From Phyllobates terribilis (Eukaryota), in contig NW_027362768.1 of NCBI RefSeq assembly GCF_046119375.1, positions 144,646,001-144,710,000 on the forward strand: a stretch of DNA of 64,000 nt. The letters run 5' to 3'. Each line of letters opens with the position of its first letter. Positions within the stretch are counted from its first letter, which is position 1. This document shows, one piece after another, positions 36,128 through 47,611 of this stretch. The notes under the pieces were generated by a model. The model did no database searches and had not been told where the DNA came from. It saw only the letters and a program-made list of their open reading frames with translations. The translations under genes were made by a program, and so were the position numbers.

Positions 36128-37699
36128 CACTGCCCCAAAAAATAAAGGGAACACTCAAATAACACATCCTAGATCTGAATGAATGAAATATTCTCATTGA
36201 ATACTTTGTTCTGTACAAAGTTGAATGTGCTGACAACAAAATCACACAAAAATCATCAATGGAAATCAAATTTATTAACCAATGGAGGCCTGGATTTGGA
36301 GTCACCCCCAAAATTAAAGTGGAAAAACACACTACAGGCTGATCCAACTTTGATGTAATGTCCTTAAAACAAGTCAAAATGAGGCTCAGTATTGTGTGTG
36401 GCCTCCACGTGCCTGTATGACCTCCCTACAATGCCTGGGCATGCTCCTGATGAGGTTGCGGATGGTCTCCTGTGGGATCTCCACCCAGACCTGGACTAAA
36501 GCATCCTCCAACTCCTGGACAGTCTGTGGTGCAACGTTACGTTGGTGGATGGAGCGAGACATGATGTCCCAGATGTGCTCAATCGGATTCAGGTCTGGGG
36601 AACGGACGGGCCAGTCCATAGCTTCAATGCTTTCGTCTTGCAGGAACTGCTGACACACTCCAGCCACATGAGGTCTGGCATTGTCCTGCATTAGGAGGAA
36701 CCCAGAGCCAACCGCACCAGCATATGGTCTCACAAGGGGTCTGAGGATCTCAGCTCGGTACCTAATGGCAGTCAGGCTACCTCTGGCGAGCACATGGAGG
36801 GCTGTGCGGCCCTCCATAGAAATGCCACCCCACACCATTACTGACCCACTGCCAAACCGGTCATGCTGAAGGATGTTGCAGGCAGCAGATCGCTCTCTAC
36901 GGCGTCTCCAGACTCTGTCACGTCTATCACATGTGCTCAGTGTGAACCTGCTTTCATCTGTGAAGAGCACAGGGCGCCAATGGCGACTTCGCCAATCCTG
37001 GTGTTCTTGGCTAATGCCAAGCGTCCTGCACGGTATTGGGCTGTGAGCACAACCCCCATCTCTGGACGTCGGGCCCTCATACCTCCCTCATGAAGTCGGT
37101 TTCTAACCGTTTGTGCAGACGCATGCACATTTGTGGCCTGCTGGAGGTCATTTTGCAGGGCTCTGGCAGTGCTCCTCCTTGCACAAAGGCTGAGGTAGCG
37201 GTCCTGCTGCTGGGTTGTTGCCCTCCTACGGCCCCCTCCACGTCTCCTGGTGTACTGGCCTGTCTCCTGGTAGCGCCTCCAGCCTCTGGACACTACGCTG
37301 ACAGACACAGCAAACCTTCTTGCCACAGGTCGCATTGATGTGCCATCCTGGATGAGCTGCACTACCTGAGCAACTTCTGTGGGTTGTAGAGTCCGTCTCA
37401 TGCTACCACGAGTGTGAAAGCACAACCAACATTCAAAAGTGACCAAAACATCAGCCAGAAAGCATTGGTGCTGAGATGTGATCTGTGGTCCCCACCTGCA
37501 GAACCACTCCCTTATTGAGGGTGTCTTGATAATTGCCAATAATTTCCATCTATTGTCTATTCCATTCGCACAACAGCATGTGAAAATGATTGTCAATCAG
37601 TGTTGCTTCCTAAGTGGACAGTTTGATTTCACAGAAGTTTGATTTACTTGGAGTTATATTCTGTTGTTTAAGTGTTCCCTTTATTTTTTTTGAGCAGTG
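36128..37699 (-). mobile_element. DD34E Tc1 (family B), full length; ORF 37401-36386 frameshifted
   Basis: TIRs CACTGCC/TCAAAAAAATAAAGGGAACAC at both ends; FTDESRF, QDNARPH-(34 aa)-E. Confidence 0.93.
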
Positions 37700-39676
37700 T
37701 GTATATATATATATATATACACACACACATATATATAAATACAGTACAGACCAAAAGTTTGGACACACCTCATTTACAGATTTTTCTGTATTTTCTTGAC
37801 TATGAAAATTGTACATTCACACTGAAGGCATCAAAACTATGAATTAACATATGTGGAATTATATACTTAACAAAAAAGTGTGAAACAACTGAAAATATGT
37901 CTTATATTCTAAGTTCTTCAAAGTAGCCACCTTTTGCTGTGATGACTGCTTTGCGCACTCTTGGCATTCTCTTGATGAGCTTCAAGAGGTAGTCACCGGA
38001 AATGGTCTTCCAACAATCTTGAAGGAGTTCCCAGAGATGCTTAGCACTTGTTGGCCCTTTTGCCTTCACTCTGCGGTCCAGCTCACCCCAAACCATCTCG
38101 ATTGGGTTCAGGTCTGGTGACTGTGAAGGCCAGGTCATCTGGCGTAGCCCCCCATCACTCTCCTTCCTGGTCAAATAGCCCTTACACAGCCTGGAGGTCT
38201 GTTTGGGGTCATTGTCCTGTTGAAAAATAAATGATGGTCCAACTAAACGCAAACCGGATGGAATAGCATGCCGCTGCAAGATGCTGTGGTAGCCATGCTG
38301 GTTCAGTATGCCTTCAATTTTGAATAAATCCCCAGCAGTGTCACCAGCAAAGCACCCCCACACCATCACACCTCCTCCTCCATGCTTCACGGTGGGAACC
38401 AGGCATGTAGAGTCCATTCATTCACCTTTTCTGCATCGCACAAAGACACGGTGGTTGGAACCAAAGATCTCAAATTTGGACTCATCAGACCAAAGCACAG
38501 ACTTCCACTGTTCTAATGTCCATTCCTTGTATTCTTTAGCCCAAACAAGTCTCTTCTGCTTGTTGCCTGTCCTTAGCAGTGGTTTTCTAGCAGCTATTTT
38601 ACCATGAAGGCCTGCTGCAAAAAGTCTCCTCTTAACAGTTGTTGTAGTTGCTGCTAGAACTCTGTGTGGCATTGACCTGGTCTCTAATCTGAGCTGCTGT
38701 TAACCTGCGATTTCTGAGGCTGGTGACTCGGATAAACTTATCCTCAGAAGCAGAGGTGACTCTTGGTCTTTCTTTCCTGGGGTGGTCCTCATGTGAGCCA
38801 GTTTCTTTGTAGCACTTGATGGTTTTTGCAACTGCACTTGGGGACACTTTCAAAGTTTTCCCACTTTTTCGGACTGACTGACCTTCATTTCTTAAAGTAA
38901 TGATGGCCACTCGTTTTTCTTTACTTAGAATTTGTATTATGGCAAGAAAAAAGCAGCTAATAGTCTATTCAGTAGGATTCACAGTCTATTCCAATTGGAG
39001 TAATACATTTAAAAAGTAATGTTTATTCAATATATTTTAAAATTCACACAAAGCACATGACAAACTGTAAAATCTCAATCCTTGTGTTAGGACTATTAAA
39101 TGTCTCCTTTGGTTGTAGTTCAAGATTTCTAATTTAAGTTTTCATATTGGGTCTCTTTTTTTTTTATTTTTGCTAGCTATATATGTGGCCTCGTTTTGTT
39201 TGGGAATATCATGTCCAACATATATTTCTATAAGAGAAAACTCTCCTATTTATTAGGGAATTAATTATCTGTTCAGACTGTATCATAAAAGTCTGAGGTC
39301 TAGTTGTTATGTACACATATAAATTAATGTGTCTGGTTTATCATAGCGCTACCCTCCTTCATAGGTGCAGCGTTAATTGCTATATTTTCATCGTATTCAC
39401 ATTTAATTAAACCATTAAGTACTGCCCTCGTTCACAGGTCCAGTGCCAATAGCATATTCTTAGACCCTTATGTCAAATAGTCTGATAAATCACTATAAAG
39501 ACTCAATTATGACGGTCCTGAACATGGTCTATGCTCATGCTCAGCCTAATTCATTTAGCACTGCCCTTGTGCACAGGTGCAGTGCCAATAGCTATTTTCT
39601 TGGACCCTTGTATTAAATTGCCTGTTAGATCGTTTCTGAATTATAACTGTCCTGAACGCTATCTGTGCTCTTACTT

Positions 39677-39730
39677 AGCCCTACGCGTTTCATCATTTTT
39701 TGGATAGGACTGCTATGATCATCAGGGGCT
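39677..39730 (-). ncRNA. Hammerhead-ribozyme-like motif (type I, Penelope-type), left-arm copy
   Basis: Reverse complement of 41518-41571. Confidence 0.5.
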
Positions 39731-40799
39731 CGCAGTCAATGTTCCTATTGTTTGAGATAATATGATGCTTATATGATAAACCTATCGGCAGGGTTGCCTG
39801 CCGCGTTTGGCGGCCAAACCGGCATGCTTATATACAAGGCTTGTTACCGCCTCTTTTTTCCTTCATCTTACCGCTGTCCAATGTAGTGGCAGGGCGCAGT
39901 GTGGGCGCATCTTATTGTGAGTCATGTGACTGAGCAGAGGCTCGTCTCGTTTATCCTATAAAAACACTTTCTTCATATATGTTATAAGTGGTTTAACTGT
40001 GCTACGTTGCCGCAGTGTTATTTTATTCTTTGAAGTCCAATCTTAATCTGTGGACTAACATAATAGATAAATTCATATGATAAACTCTTGTTATGAATTC
40101 ATTATTATTTTTTGTGATTCTGTTATGATATGACGTTTGTTGGACAGGTCTTCCTGTTTCATGTAATATTTAATCCTCATTAATTCAAAAGAAATTTCAA
40201 TTGTACAATAGCTATTTAGTGATATCGAAATATATTTACATGACAGTATGATCTTTTCCTTATTGTATCGATATCTGAGTTAAAAATTCTCAAAAATTGA
40301 TTCACTAAACTATCATGTATATAATCTCTACATCTAAAAGTCTTTAGTATATACTTTATATTCAGAGGACAGCAGGAATAACTATGGACCTGTCCTAATA
40401 TTATCAGGTTTGTTTTTATACGAGCTAACTTTCTGGTATACATTCTTTAGTTATCTTTTTACTGCAACACCGGTTTGATAGTTATATGAATCAGTATCCA
40501 TTATATGAAGGTCATGGTCCGGTTTCTAATGATAATATGGATTGCACTATGGCTAGGGAGTTATTGAATCGGTAGTAGTATTTTAACTTTATTGAAGAAA
40601 GTCATTTAGTAGTATCAGTGTTATCAAAGTAGGAGAACTACATCAGGGGTAGGAATATGACTACTGGGAGAACTACATAAGGGATATACAGTAGATGTTA
40701 TTCGGTGTCAATGAAACATGTAAATGACAATGTCTCATTGACACCATATGGGTTGTATGATTTGATCCTATGAATCCATTCACTTTCCTTATGAAGGAA

Positions 40800-41270
40800 C
40801 CAATCAGGACAGCGGTGTTTTAAATTTCGCGACCAATCAGCGAACCGTGTTAGTGAGGACCAGGGAGCGGCACTGCCTGTGCGGGTACTTCCGCTGTGAG
40901 TAGCAGGGAGATGACCGGCTAGCGCCGGTCATCTCCCGGCTGCATCGCCGCTGACCTCCATGCGGCTACCGTCGGGAGATCAGCGGCTAGGGCCGCTGAT
41001 CTCCCAACGGCAAGTGTGAAGGGAGGACCGGGGAGCGGCGCCGCCTAGGCCGCTGGTCGGGGTACTTCTGCTGCGAGCAGCCGGGAGATGACAGGCTAGC
41101 GCCGGTCATCTCCCGGCTGCATCGCCGGCTGACCTCCGTGCGGCAGATGAGCCGCTAACGGCCGCCATCTTGTTCTGAAATCCCGCGTCGCTGATTGGGC
41201 CCCGGCCGGACCAATCAGCGACGCAGGATTTCCTGGATGGACAGACAAGATAAGCCGATTATATAGTAGA
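40800..41270 (-). mobile_element. Possible Helitron 5' fragment with GC-rich tandem hairpins
   Basis: Minus strand begins A|TCTACTATATAAT; two copies of GGGAGATGACCGGC-TAGC-GCCGGTCATCTCCC (first perfect); no CTRR 3' end found. Confidence 0.4.
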
Positions 41271-41517
41271 TATGAAGAAAGTGCTTTTATAGGATAAACG
41301 AGACGAGCCTCTGCTCAGTCACATGACTCACAATAAGATGCGCCCACACTGCGCCCTGCCACTACATTGGACAGCGGTAAGATGAAGGAAAAAAGAGGCG
41401 GTAACAAGCCTTGTATATAAGCATGCCGGTTTGGCCGCCAAACGCGGCAGGCAACCCTGCCGATAGGTTTATCATATAAGCATCATATTATCTCAAACAA
41501 TAGGAACATTGACTGCG

Positions 41518-41571
41518 AGCCCCTGATGATCATAGCAGTCCTATCCAAAAAATGATGAAACGCGTAGGGCT
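41518..41571 (+). ncRNA. Hammerhead-ribozyme-like motif (type I, Penelope-type), right-arm copy
   Basis: Stem I AGCCC/GGGCU, core CUGAUGA (41523-41529), stem II UCAU/AUGA plus an extra U, GAAA (41557-41560), palindromic ACGCGU stem III, GUA site. Confidence 0.5.
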
Positions 41572-42714
41572 AAGTAAGAGCACAGATAGCGTTCAGGACA
41601 GTTATAATTCAGAAACGATCTAACAGGCAATTTAATACAAGGGTCCAAGAAAATAGCTATTGGCACTGCACCTGTGCACAAGGGCAGTGCTAAATGAATT
41701 AGGCTGAGCATGAGCATAGACAATATTCAGGACTGTCATAATTGAGTCTTTATAGTGATTTATCAGACTATTTGACATAAGGGTCTAAGAATATAATATT
41801 GGCACTGGACCTGTGAACGAGGGCAGTACTTAATGGTTTAATTAAATGTGAATACGATAAAAATATAGCAATTAACGCTGCACCTATGAAGGAGGGTAGC
41901 GCTATGATAAACCAGACACATTAATTTATATGTGTACATAACAACTAGACCTCAGACTTTTATGATACAGTCTGAACAGATAATTAATTCCCTAATAAAT
42001 AGGAGAGTTTTCTCTTATAGAAATATATGTTGGACATGATATTCCCAAACAAAACGAGGCCACATATATAGCTAGCAAAAATAAAAAAAAAAAGAGACCC
42101 AATATGAAAACTTAAATTAGAAATCTTGAACTACAACCAAAGGAGACATTTAATAGTCCTAACGCAAGGATTGAGATTTTACAGTTTGTCATGTGCTTTG
42201 TGTGAATTTTAAAATATATTGAATAAACATTACTTTTTAAATTTATTACTCCAATTGGAATAGACTGTGAAAACTTTACTATATAATTTGGAGCACATTT
42301 ACAATATATAATACTGTGAAGTCTATTCAGTAGGACTATCAGCTGTGTATCCACCTGACTTCTGCACAACACAACTGATGGTCCCAACCCCATTTATAAG
42401 GCAAGAAATCCCACTTATTAAACCTGACAGGGCACACCTGTGAAGTGAAGACCATTTCCGGTGACTACCTCTTGAAACTCATCAAGACAATGCCAAGAGT
42501 GTGCAAAGCAGTCATCAAAGCAAAAGGTGGCTACTTTGAAGAACCTAGAATATAAGACATATTTTCAGTTGTTTCACACTTTTTTGTTAAGTATATAATT
42601 CCACATGTGTTAATTCATAGCTTTGATGCCTTCAGTGTCAATGTACATAAAAATCTTTAAATGAGAAGGTGTGTCCAAACTTTTGGTCTGTACTGTACAT
42701 ATATACATACACAC

Positions 42715-43229
42715 AAAATTTAATTTGCGTCGCCATTTTCTGAGACCCATAACTTTATTTTTCAATTTTTTCCATTTTATTGGGAAGGCGTGCGACAACC
42801 ATAAAAATGTCAATTCTGGAGTTTCACTTTTTTTTTTTTTCAAGCAATTGTTGCTCGGTTTAAATAATTTTATACTTCAACAGAGCGATATTTTATGGAC
42901 ACAATAATACCAAATATGATTATTCTTTAAAATTTCTTTATTTTTCAACAGGAAAAAGGGGGGCGATTCCTACATCGTTTGATCATTTTAACTATATACT
43001 GCAGTATATGGCGAAAACGACACTGTCCTTCAAAGACCAACCACATACTGCGCTTCACAGGAGGACCTATATGGCAGGAACATGGGACCTTCAGCATGCC
43101 TCTGGCTGCCATGTCAACCCCTTGACCACCAGCGATTACGATTACGTTGCGGGGAGGATGATGGGGATAGATGCAAGGAGCACCGGCAACCAGTTAATGT
43201 AAATGCCGCTGACAGGGGCATCTAAATTG
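42715..43229 (+). mobile_element. piggyBac-type non-autonomous repeat, right part
   Basis: Continues the 33809 family sequence; ends at TTAA 43230-43233 with a degenerate terminus. Confidence 0.4.
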
Positions 43230-44599
43230 TTAAATGGAGTTTGTCAGCTCAGAATGACTGTTCAAACCAAGTACAGGCGCTCGGTGCACCCTTGGTGTGG
43301 CCAAACATTTAAGTGAACCTTTCCTCCTACTTGTTTTCCCTCCATCTCCTCCTTCTTCTTCCTTGACTGACAGCTCTGGCTTTATATAGCCAGAGAAGAG
43401 CAAAGATAGGTGAAAAAAAGTAAGTGGAAAGGTGTATATAAAATGTTTGGTCACGCCAAGGGTGCACGAGTGCCTGTTCTTAGTTTCAACAGTTATTCTG
43501 CGCTGACTACCTTAAACAGCAGCGACCAGAGCAAAGCTCCGCTCGCTGTTGGTGAAGGCAATTTGATGCAAACATAAGGCTCATCCATGGAGCTGTAATA
43601 GGGTCATGTGCACGAGGTACTCTTATTATTTATATTTTTTAGGTCCCTCAATTGCCTGTAGATTGGTGGAGGTCCAAGTCCTGAGACTCCCAACAATCAC
43701 TCAAAAGACCTCTAAGAAGTATGCAGCTTGGGAAGCAGCAGGAGAGCGCACACACAGAACAAATTCCATAGAAACATTATGCTCCCAACTGCACCTTTTT
43801 TGTCTGATTTTTGGTGTTTTTTTTGCCTGTTTTTCACTTCAGCCCTATTTGACTGTGTCTTTTTTAAAGTCTATTTTATATGTGTTCACTTGTTTTATGT
43901 ATACGAGCAAAGTGAAAAAAATACAAGCTGAATACATTATCGAAGAAATCAGACTTGATGGGGCTGGTGTATTTGCGATGAAAATCCACGTCAGAAAGAC
44001 TATATAATCTTTTCTGAAAGTTTCCTTGACTGATTAACCTCTTCCCGCCCTATGATGTACTATTACTGACAGCGGCATTTAAGTGGTATGATATCAGTGG
44101 GGCGTTTCTTCGGGCGCCCTATCCGTGACAGGGTCACAGGGTGTCCATGGGCTGCAATGATAGTCAACAACTAGCAGAAAGCAGTCATAGTCACCATCTT
44201 GGTGCTAGTTACGGGATCATTGTATTATTTGTACCATATATGCAATACCGAAATATCTAAATAAATATTTGATCGCAGATTCAAGTTCCCTAGGGAACTA
44301 AAAACAAAAAAAAGTGAAAATGAAAGTGTCATAAGTTACTTACCGGTAACCGGATTTTTCAGAGACCATGACAGCACCACGAGAGAGGGGATCCGCCCAC
44401 CAAGGACAAGAAACCTACAGGCTTAAAAGGGGCGGCCCTCTCTTCTCGCGTCAGTTTGGATTACAGAGCATTGAGAGGCCCACCAGATTAGTAGACATAG
44501 CAAAACATGATAAACCAACATTTCTATAAATCACCAACTTAAGAGTGAAAATTAAGAAACAAGGAATGCTCCCACCAATGTGAAGGGAGGGAATATAAA

Positions 44600-44683
44600 G
44601 GTGCTGTCATGGTCTCCGAAAAATCCCGTTACCGGTAAGTAACTTTTAACTTTATTGGTCGACCATGACAGCACCACGAGAGA
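44600..44683. repeat. DIRS internal complementary region (ICR)
   Basis: First half pairs with 44333-44378, second half with about 49873-49903. Confidence 0.88.
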
Positions 44684-44702
44684 ATTACAGAGATGAAGAA
44701 GT

Positions 44703-46091
44703 TTAGGGAGGGACTACAGCTTGGAGCACCCTTCTCCCGAAAGTGAGATCAGACGAAACACCCGAATCTAGTCTATAGTGCCTATAGAAGGTAGAAGGAG
44801 AAGAGCAAGTAGCAGCCTCACATATGTCTTCTATCGAGACACCCGTCTTCTCTGCCCAGGAGGTAGTCACTGCCCAGGTGGAGTGAGCCTTCAATTCTTG
44901 TGGTATTTCCTCACCGCTGGATGTATAAGCTAGGGAAATAGTGTCCCTGATCCATCTAGCTATGGTGGACTTTGTGACCTTAGAGTCTTTCCTAACACTT
45001 TGGTAGGATATAAATAACAAACTGTCTTTTCTAAACTCTTTGGTGACAAAGAGATACCCAATTACACATCTCCTTACGTCTAGTGTATGAAACTCTTCTT
45101 CTTTCCGGTTACCCGGATTAGGGCAGAAGGAGGGTGGGACTACTTCTTGGAGTCTGTAAAAACGGGTAGCTACTTTAGGGAGATAGGCGGGATCAGGTTT
45201 AAGAATTATTTTATCATCCAGGATCTGAGTGAAGGGCAAGGCTGAAGACAGGGCATGAATATCACTAACTCTCCTAGCAGATGTTAAAGCTATCAGAAGC
45301 ACTGTTTTAAGGGAGAGGGACTTAAGAGTGGCTAACTTTATTGGCTCAAAGGGTGGACCAGTAAGAACCAAATTTAGATCCCAGGGTACCAATTTGCTTT
45401 TGACAATGGGCCTAGACTTAAAGGCAGCTTTAATGAAACAAGCAATCCAATAATTACTCGCCAGATCACAGCTATATAAGGCGCCTAAGGCGGACACCTG
45501 AACCTTCAGGGTGCTAGTGGCTAGCCCTAACTCAAGACCTTTTTGCAGAAATTCTAGAATTTTACTTATTGGAGCCTGCTCACCCACTCTGGAACCGGAA
45601 AAAGATAAAAACTTCTTCCAGGTTCTCGCATAAAATCTGGTTGTAATAGGCTTACGGCTACGCATTAAGGTTGTCACTAAGCCTTGGGAGAATCCCTTTT
45701 TGCTTAATAGCATCAAGTTCCATACCATCAAGTGGAGGCCAGACACTTGAGGATGGACTATTGGACCCTGGAAGAGGAGATCCGGAACTTTTGGTAGAAC
45801 CCAAGGATCTGACACAGACATGCACCTGAGGCATGAGAACCAGGGCCTCCTGGGCCAAAAGGGTGCGAACATCAGAACTCTCGCCTTGTCATCCCTGATA
45901 ACCATAGGAAGAAGGGTTAATGGGGGAAAGGCATAGGCTAGGCTGAACCCCCAAGGTATCTGGAGAGCGTCTACCGCCAGGGGTTTTTCTTTGGGATCCA
46001 GGGAACAGAAGAGCCGTGTTTTCCGATTTAACTTTGTAGCAAACAAGTCCACTACTGGAGGTCCCCATCTTTGGACAAGTTGGGAGAACAT
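44703..46091 (-). pseudogene. DIRS methyltransferase-like domain in frame with tyrosine recombinase (462 codons)
   Basis: VDLFAT...AYAFPP (MT-like), then ARRVSD, HTLDVRRC, HSTW (HxxR with R to W), RHY. Confidence 0.85.
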
Positions 46092-46163
46092 GTCCTGATT
46101 TAGTTCCCATTCCCTCTGTCTCAGGGTATAGCGGCTTAAGTAGTCTGCCCTTGAATTTTCTTC

Positions 46164-47449
46164 TCACTTTATATGAAGGGCTGTTAGGGAACGAAGACGG
46201 CATTCCGAGACCTGAAAGAGATGATCCGCCACTCTCATCAGAGATCTTGATCGTGTACCCCCTTGGCGGTTCACGTAAGCTACTGGAATTTTATTATCAG
46301 AGAAAACCTTTACGTCATGATTTTGAAGAAAAACTAGAAAATAATTGACTGCCCTGTCTATCGCTAGCAACTCTTTAGCGTTGGAGGAGAGACTCTTTTC
46401 CGAATTAGACCATGACCCCTGGGTTACCATATCTCCCAGATGGGGCCCCCACCCACTGGAACTGGAATCGGTAGTAATTGTTCTTGTTGTTCTAAAAACC
46501 CAGGGGACCCCTCTGGATAAGTTCATTTCATTATCCCACCACTGTAAGGATTCAACTGACCGGGGAGACAAGGAAAACCTTCCCTCCAAGCGCCCCCCCG
46601 TTCAACATAACTTCATTATGCAGTACATCCCATTGTAAAACCCTGGAGTGATATTGAGCCCACAGAACCCCAGGAAGCAAGATGTCAGGGTACCTAACAG
46701 GGACATCGCAGCTCTCAGGGACATGACTGGGTTTGACACTGCCCTTCTTACTTCATCCCTGATCCTTAGTTTTTTGGCTTCAGGGAGGTAACATGTCTGA
46801 TAATCTGAATCCAGAAGAATCTTAAGAATTGCTGAACTTTTGTGGCCGTTAACCTAGATTTATTTAAATTGAGGACCCAGCCCAGATTTTCTAAGATGGA
46901 GATCACTATTTTTAGATGCTTATTACATTGAATGGCCGAGTTACCAACTATCAGGAAATCATCCAGATAAGGGATAATTAATATGTCATGCTCTCTAACA
47001 TGAGCCATTACCCCTGCCACGATTTTGGTAAATACCCGGGGGGCTATGGCTAAACCGAACGGCAGGGCCCTATATTGAAAGTTCTTGATGACCCCATCTA
47101 TAACCACGGCCACTCTAAGATATTTCTGGTAATCTGAATGGATAGGTACAGGGTAATAGGCGTATTTCAAATCCAAAACTACCATGTAACAATCTGCAAA
47201 CAGCAATTTTATTGTTGACCTTATCGATTCCACTTTGAAGGTGGGGATTATCAGAAATTTATTCAGGGCTTTTAAATTTATAATACACCTGAAAGAACCA
47301 TCCGGCTTAGAGACCAGGAAGAGAGGGGAGTAAAATCCCAACCCCCTTTCGGACGCCGGGACCTCCACCAGGACTGCTTTTTGAACAAGGTTCAGTACTT
47401 CTTCCTGAAGAGCGAGTTGTTCTGATCTAGAGGAATGGACCGGGGTCAA
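46164..47449 (-). pseudogene. DIRS RT and RNase H (frameshifted)
   Basis: FYSPLFLVSKPDG, DLKYAY, ALPFG, PYLDD; TTDSS..GWG, NAKEL, SDNK. Confidence 0.9.
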
Positions 47450-47611
47450 GATAAACCTTCCACGAGGAACTGCTTGGAACTGGATTCTCAGACCCGAACC
47501 TATCAGATTAAGGATCCAGTTACTGGCTGAAATCTTTGTCCAGGCAGGTTCGAAGCCCGTCAGCCTCCCCCCTACCTGGGCTACGAGTCATTAACTCGAT
47601 TTCCGGGGCTC

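Larger units (their letters stand above)
38978..42319. mobile_element. Foldback element: 1-kb inverted arms (38978-39978, 41270-42271), 1.29-kb spacer, 48-bp tail, 16-bp target duplication
   Basis: Arms near-identical in reverse complement; AGTCTATTCAGTAGGA at 38962-38977 and 42320-42335. Confidence 0.85.
37742..42695 (-). mobile_element. DD38E Tc1, copy 3, split by a 3.3-kb foldback insertion
   Basis: Terminus at 37742, ORF to about 38950, element resumes at 42320 and ends CTGTACTG-TA at 42695. Confidence 0.9.
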
